Shown: positions 61,021 to 64,000 of the stretch, one piece after another
How the letters are laid out: every line of letters starts with the position of its first letter
Position numbering within the stretch: the stretch's first letter is position 1
From: Lama glama
Taxonomy: Eukaryota
DNA length: 64,000 nt
NCBI GenBank assembly: GCA_028534125.1
Contig: CM052817.1
Coordinates: forward strand, 36,086,001-36,150,000
Direction of reading: 5' to 3'
The notes under the pieces: model-generated
The model's database searches: none
Told to the model about the DNA's origin: nothing
The model's input: the letters and a program-made list of their open reading frames with translations, nothing else
Position numbers and translations under genes: made by a program

Positions 61021-63339
61021 CGTCCTCTGACAGTACCAGGAATTCTGTTTGAATACAGATTAATATATATAATTTTAAGCGGTAAGACATAAAATGTACT
61101 GAAGAGTACAAAAAGAAATTCAAATTTGCCATTAATCCTTTGTTACTGAGAATATATCAAATATTCACCTTCTGTTAGAGCTCAAGGTTAGAATAATGCA
61201 CCTGTTGTGACTAGCAGTATGCAGCCTCCAGACTGAGCTGTTTGTGTACTGAGAGAAGGCATGTTTTCAGTGTCCTCTGTAAAGGCTTTGTCAGCATTTT
61301 ACAGTTTTAGAAGACAAATTTGTTTTTGCTCCGAGTGTTTTCAAGTGCTTCAGTGGTCAAACAGATTTTGAGCCTAGCTGTCAATACCAAAAACAGAGAG
61401 GGGGTGGGGGAGGCAGAACTGAAAATAAATTCCACAGTTGAAAGCTAATTTTTTCAAGGCTTTTGCTCTTTATAGATTTGAGGTCGTCATTTTTATAATC
61501 AAGGAGGATGGATCTTAAAATTCAGTTTCTTCTGACGCCCAGAAATGGTCCAAATAAATTATAGCAAAGTCTGTGTGTTTTGAAAGTCACTGGTAGGGAT
61601 TCTGTGAGGTGGAACTTTATGGATTATCAACTAGGTTTTATCTGTTTATTTTAATGCAATTCAAAAAGCAGTTTAATCAAATTATACTTAAAGACAATCT
61701 GTTCTTTGCTGTTTCTTAAAATTACCTATTACCTTTAAAAGATCCTAACTTTAGAAAACTAAAGTTAATGCAATAAAACATTTTTATAAGAATTATATTA
61801 CTTCAGCCTCCAATAAATGGAAACATTAATGAACTACTCTTTTACCACACATAGAGGAGTGTTTGGGACCTAAAACAGTTCAAAACCTTCAGAAGGCGTG
61901 GAGTCAGTATTTCCTCATAAGACCAGCACTATTAACAACTACAGAGCATTTGAAAGTCCAGTAGCATACTTCTCCCACCGTGGAAGCTTTCTGCATTTCA
62001 AGGGTTATTTTGACCTGTACATTCCATTTTCCTCTTCTCCCCATCTCAGTGAAGTGGAGGAATTGCTGATCTATTTATTTCTTCATCCTCCCTCCCTAAG
62101 CCCTTAGGCAAAGGATGGAAGAATCTAGAAAACATTTTGCAGGCATGGTACTTCCCTTACTGTACTCCTAGACCTTTATTACCCTTGTTAGTTTCATTCT
62201 GAAAAAATGAGGGTAGGTTGCCAATTGTAACACATTCTTCACATGCTCCTGTTTCCAAAAGGTGTAGGGGTAACACAGCTCCCCTAGCAAAGGAACACCA
62301 TGTCCTCGCACACTGGTGAAAGCAGACTGTGAATATTCAGTAGTCTCAAATGTGTGGGGGCCAACATGGAAACTGGAATTGTTATAAAAGCTTTAGAGAG
62401 GAATATTGAACAATATTGAAAGTCACCCTTTGTCACTTGCATCTATTGAAAACTTAGCTCCTTGGAGAGTTCTTAAACATATGGATCAAACGTTGTTTAA
62501 AAAGTGGGGTGGGGAAGAAAGTTGAAGTCACTGTTTTTTTTTTAACCCTGGAGATCAGCTAAACTTTCTCACAGCTCACAACTGCTTTTTACAAAGCTTT
62601 CTATTGTATAACAGAACTATTTTTTCCTGTAATTCTCAAAACCTACATTGATTATGTCTTCCTTCTGTTTAGGAAAAAAATCAATCTTCTAACACTGTTC
62701 TAACTGAAGTATCTTTAAATTTATATAATGCTATTATAGTCTGTTTTCTGTTCTCTCTTTCTGAATATTTCTTTGCCTTAATCTGAAGATTTTTATTTCT
62801 TCTGAAGTAGTCATTTATGTATAATTATAAATGTATTTCCCTGACACTGTATTAAAATGACCTGAAGGTAGAGGGTTGGGCTTTCCCTAGGAATGTGTGT
62901 TTCAGAGCTTCAGGAAAACCTAATGCTGTTGCACTAGATCTTACACTAAGGATTTCGATAATCTATTGAAGATTACCAGTGAGAATGAACAAAGATTCTT
63001 TGTCATAGATATCGCGCTCTTTATCAGAAAGAATACATTCAGGTAATAAGAGCAACTATGCTTTGGCTTAATGAAAGCCATTTTAGAGAGGCCTCTAACT
63101 CAAACTTCAGAGGTATAAAATATAAATATAATTGAACGTTACAGTTTTTTAAATTTCTCAGATCCATTCTAAAATTATCTGTGTAAATCATCTCAGTGTG
63201 TAAATTGGTGTGCAGTGTTGGCAGACACAAACATTTTCTTTACACTTTCTGGGATGTCATCTGAACTGTGGACAAATAGTCATAAGATATCTCCTTGGGG
63301 ATTTCACAGCCTTAGAAGAAATAATATCATCAACAATAA

Positions 63340-63550
63340 CAGATAATATTCACTAAATGTACCAGGAATTATTCTAGTGCTTTACATGTTTTATCTCATT
63401 GAATTCTCGTGACCAGCCTGTGTGAAATCTTGTTGCCGTCCTCATTTTCCAAATGAGCAAACTTGAAGGTCGAGTAGGTTCATCCAGTTGGTGAAGTGAT
63501 GGAGCTAGCATTCAAATCCGAACATTCTGACTTCAGAGCTGCCATTACAG
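63340..63550 (-). mobile_element. MIR
   Basis: gtgctttacatgttttatctcattgaattctc...ggagctagcattcaaatcc...ctgacttcagagc. Confidence 0.8.
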
Positions 63551-64000
63551 CTGTCGTGCTGTGCTGTCTTGCTTTGTTTTTATTCTTCGGTGGGGCCCAG
63601 GGTTTTAACTTTAAGAATCACAGACAAGTTGGCCACACCACCATAAATGGAAAGTAACTTCCATTGTAGTGGTAAGCCATCTACCGAGGCAAAAATTAAT
63701 TATCTACTCTAATTATATGCTTATTTTGTGTAGATTTTTATATATGTCAATTTCATGGGATTATTGTGAACCTTAATCAGATTTACTTTCCAACGGGCTT
63801 TTCATAAAGGGAGATTATAAATATATAGGCGAACATGCATTGCTTCAGTTTGTGCTCTTTATTTCGGTAACACAGAATATGTGGATTGTGCTTGGTGGTC
63901 TTTTAATGCAGATGTGAATCTTTGAGTTCAACGAAATTGGAGTCCAGATCGCCAAGGCAGCTATGTGTTTGAGTCTACTGAATGTAAACGTGCTCGTTTG

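Noticed and set aside
52968..64000. Next FAM13A exon (expected to start roughly NMESLNS)
   Set aside because: Not found by eye; it probably lies beyond the window end.
1..64000. CRISPR arrays, operons, rRNA, or a novel multi-gene system
   Set aside because: Eukaryotic intronic DNA with no regularly spaced repeat-spacer arrays, RNA genes or additional credible coding genes seen.

Overview
Mammalian genomic DNA: AT-rich, CpG-depleted and full of LINE-1, L2, MIR, MaLR and MER relics. It is probably camelid, based on one tRNA-derived SINE resembling camelid Vic-1 and no recognisable Alu, Bov-A/tA, PRE, ERE or Can-SINE copies. The window holds the internal CpG-rich promoter and the first five coding exons of the short (RhoGAP-less) isoform of FAM13A on the + strand: 15851-15879, 29547-29588, 44504-44545, 47311-47490 and 52781-52967. 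They join in frame with GT-AG introns into 480 nt/160 aa (MACEIMPLQSSQEDERPMSPFYLSAHVSQVSSVSTTGELLERTIRSAVEQHLFDV...ENQDDLV). The gene continues past the right edge, and 1-15 kb is probably an intron of the long isoform. Almost all other listed ORFs are chance or repeat-derived. I found no convincing new multi-gene system. The best leads are regulatory: an in-frame start-stop uORF followed by an open 75-codon leader, an ACGTG (HRE-core) cluster, a tandem DR1 site and a (GGC)9 repeat at the promoter, and two frame-symmetric 42-nt microexons. Gene and repeat names come from recalled sequences, not database searches, and repeat boundaries are approximate.
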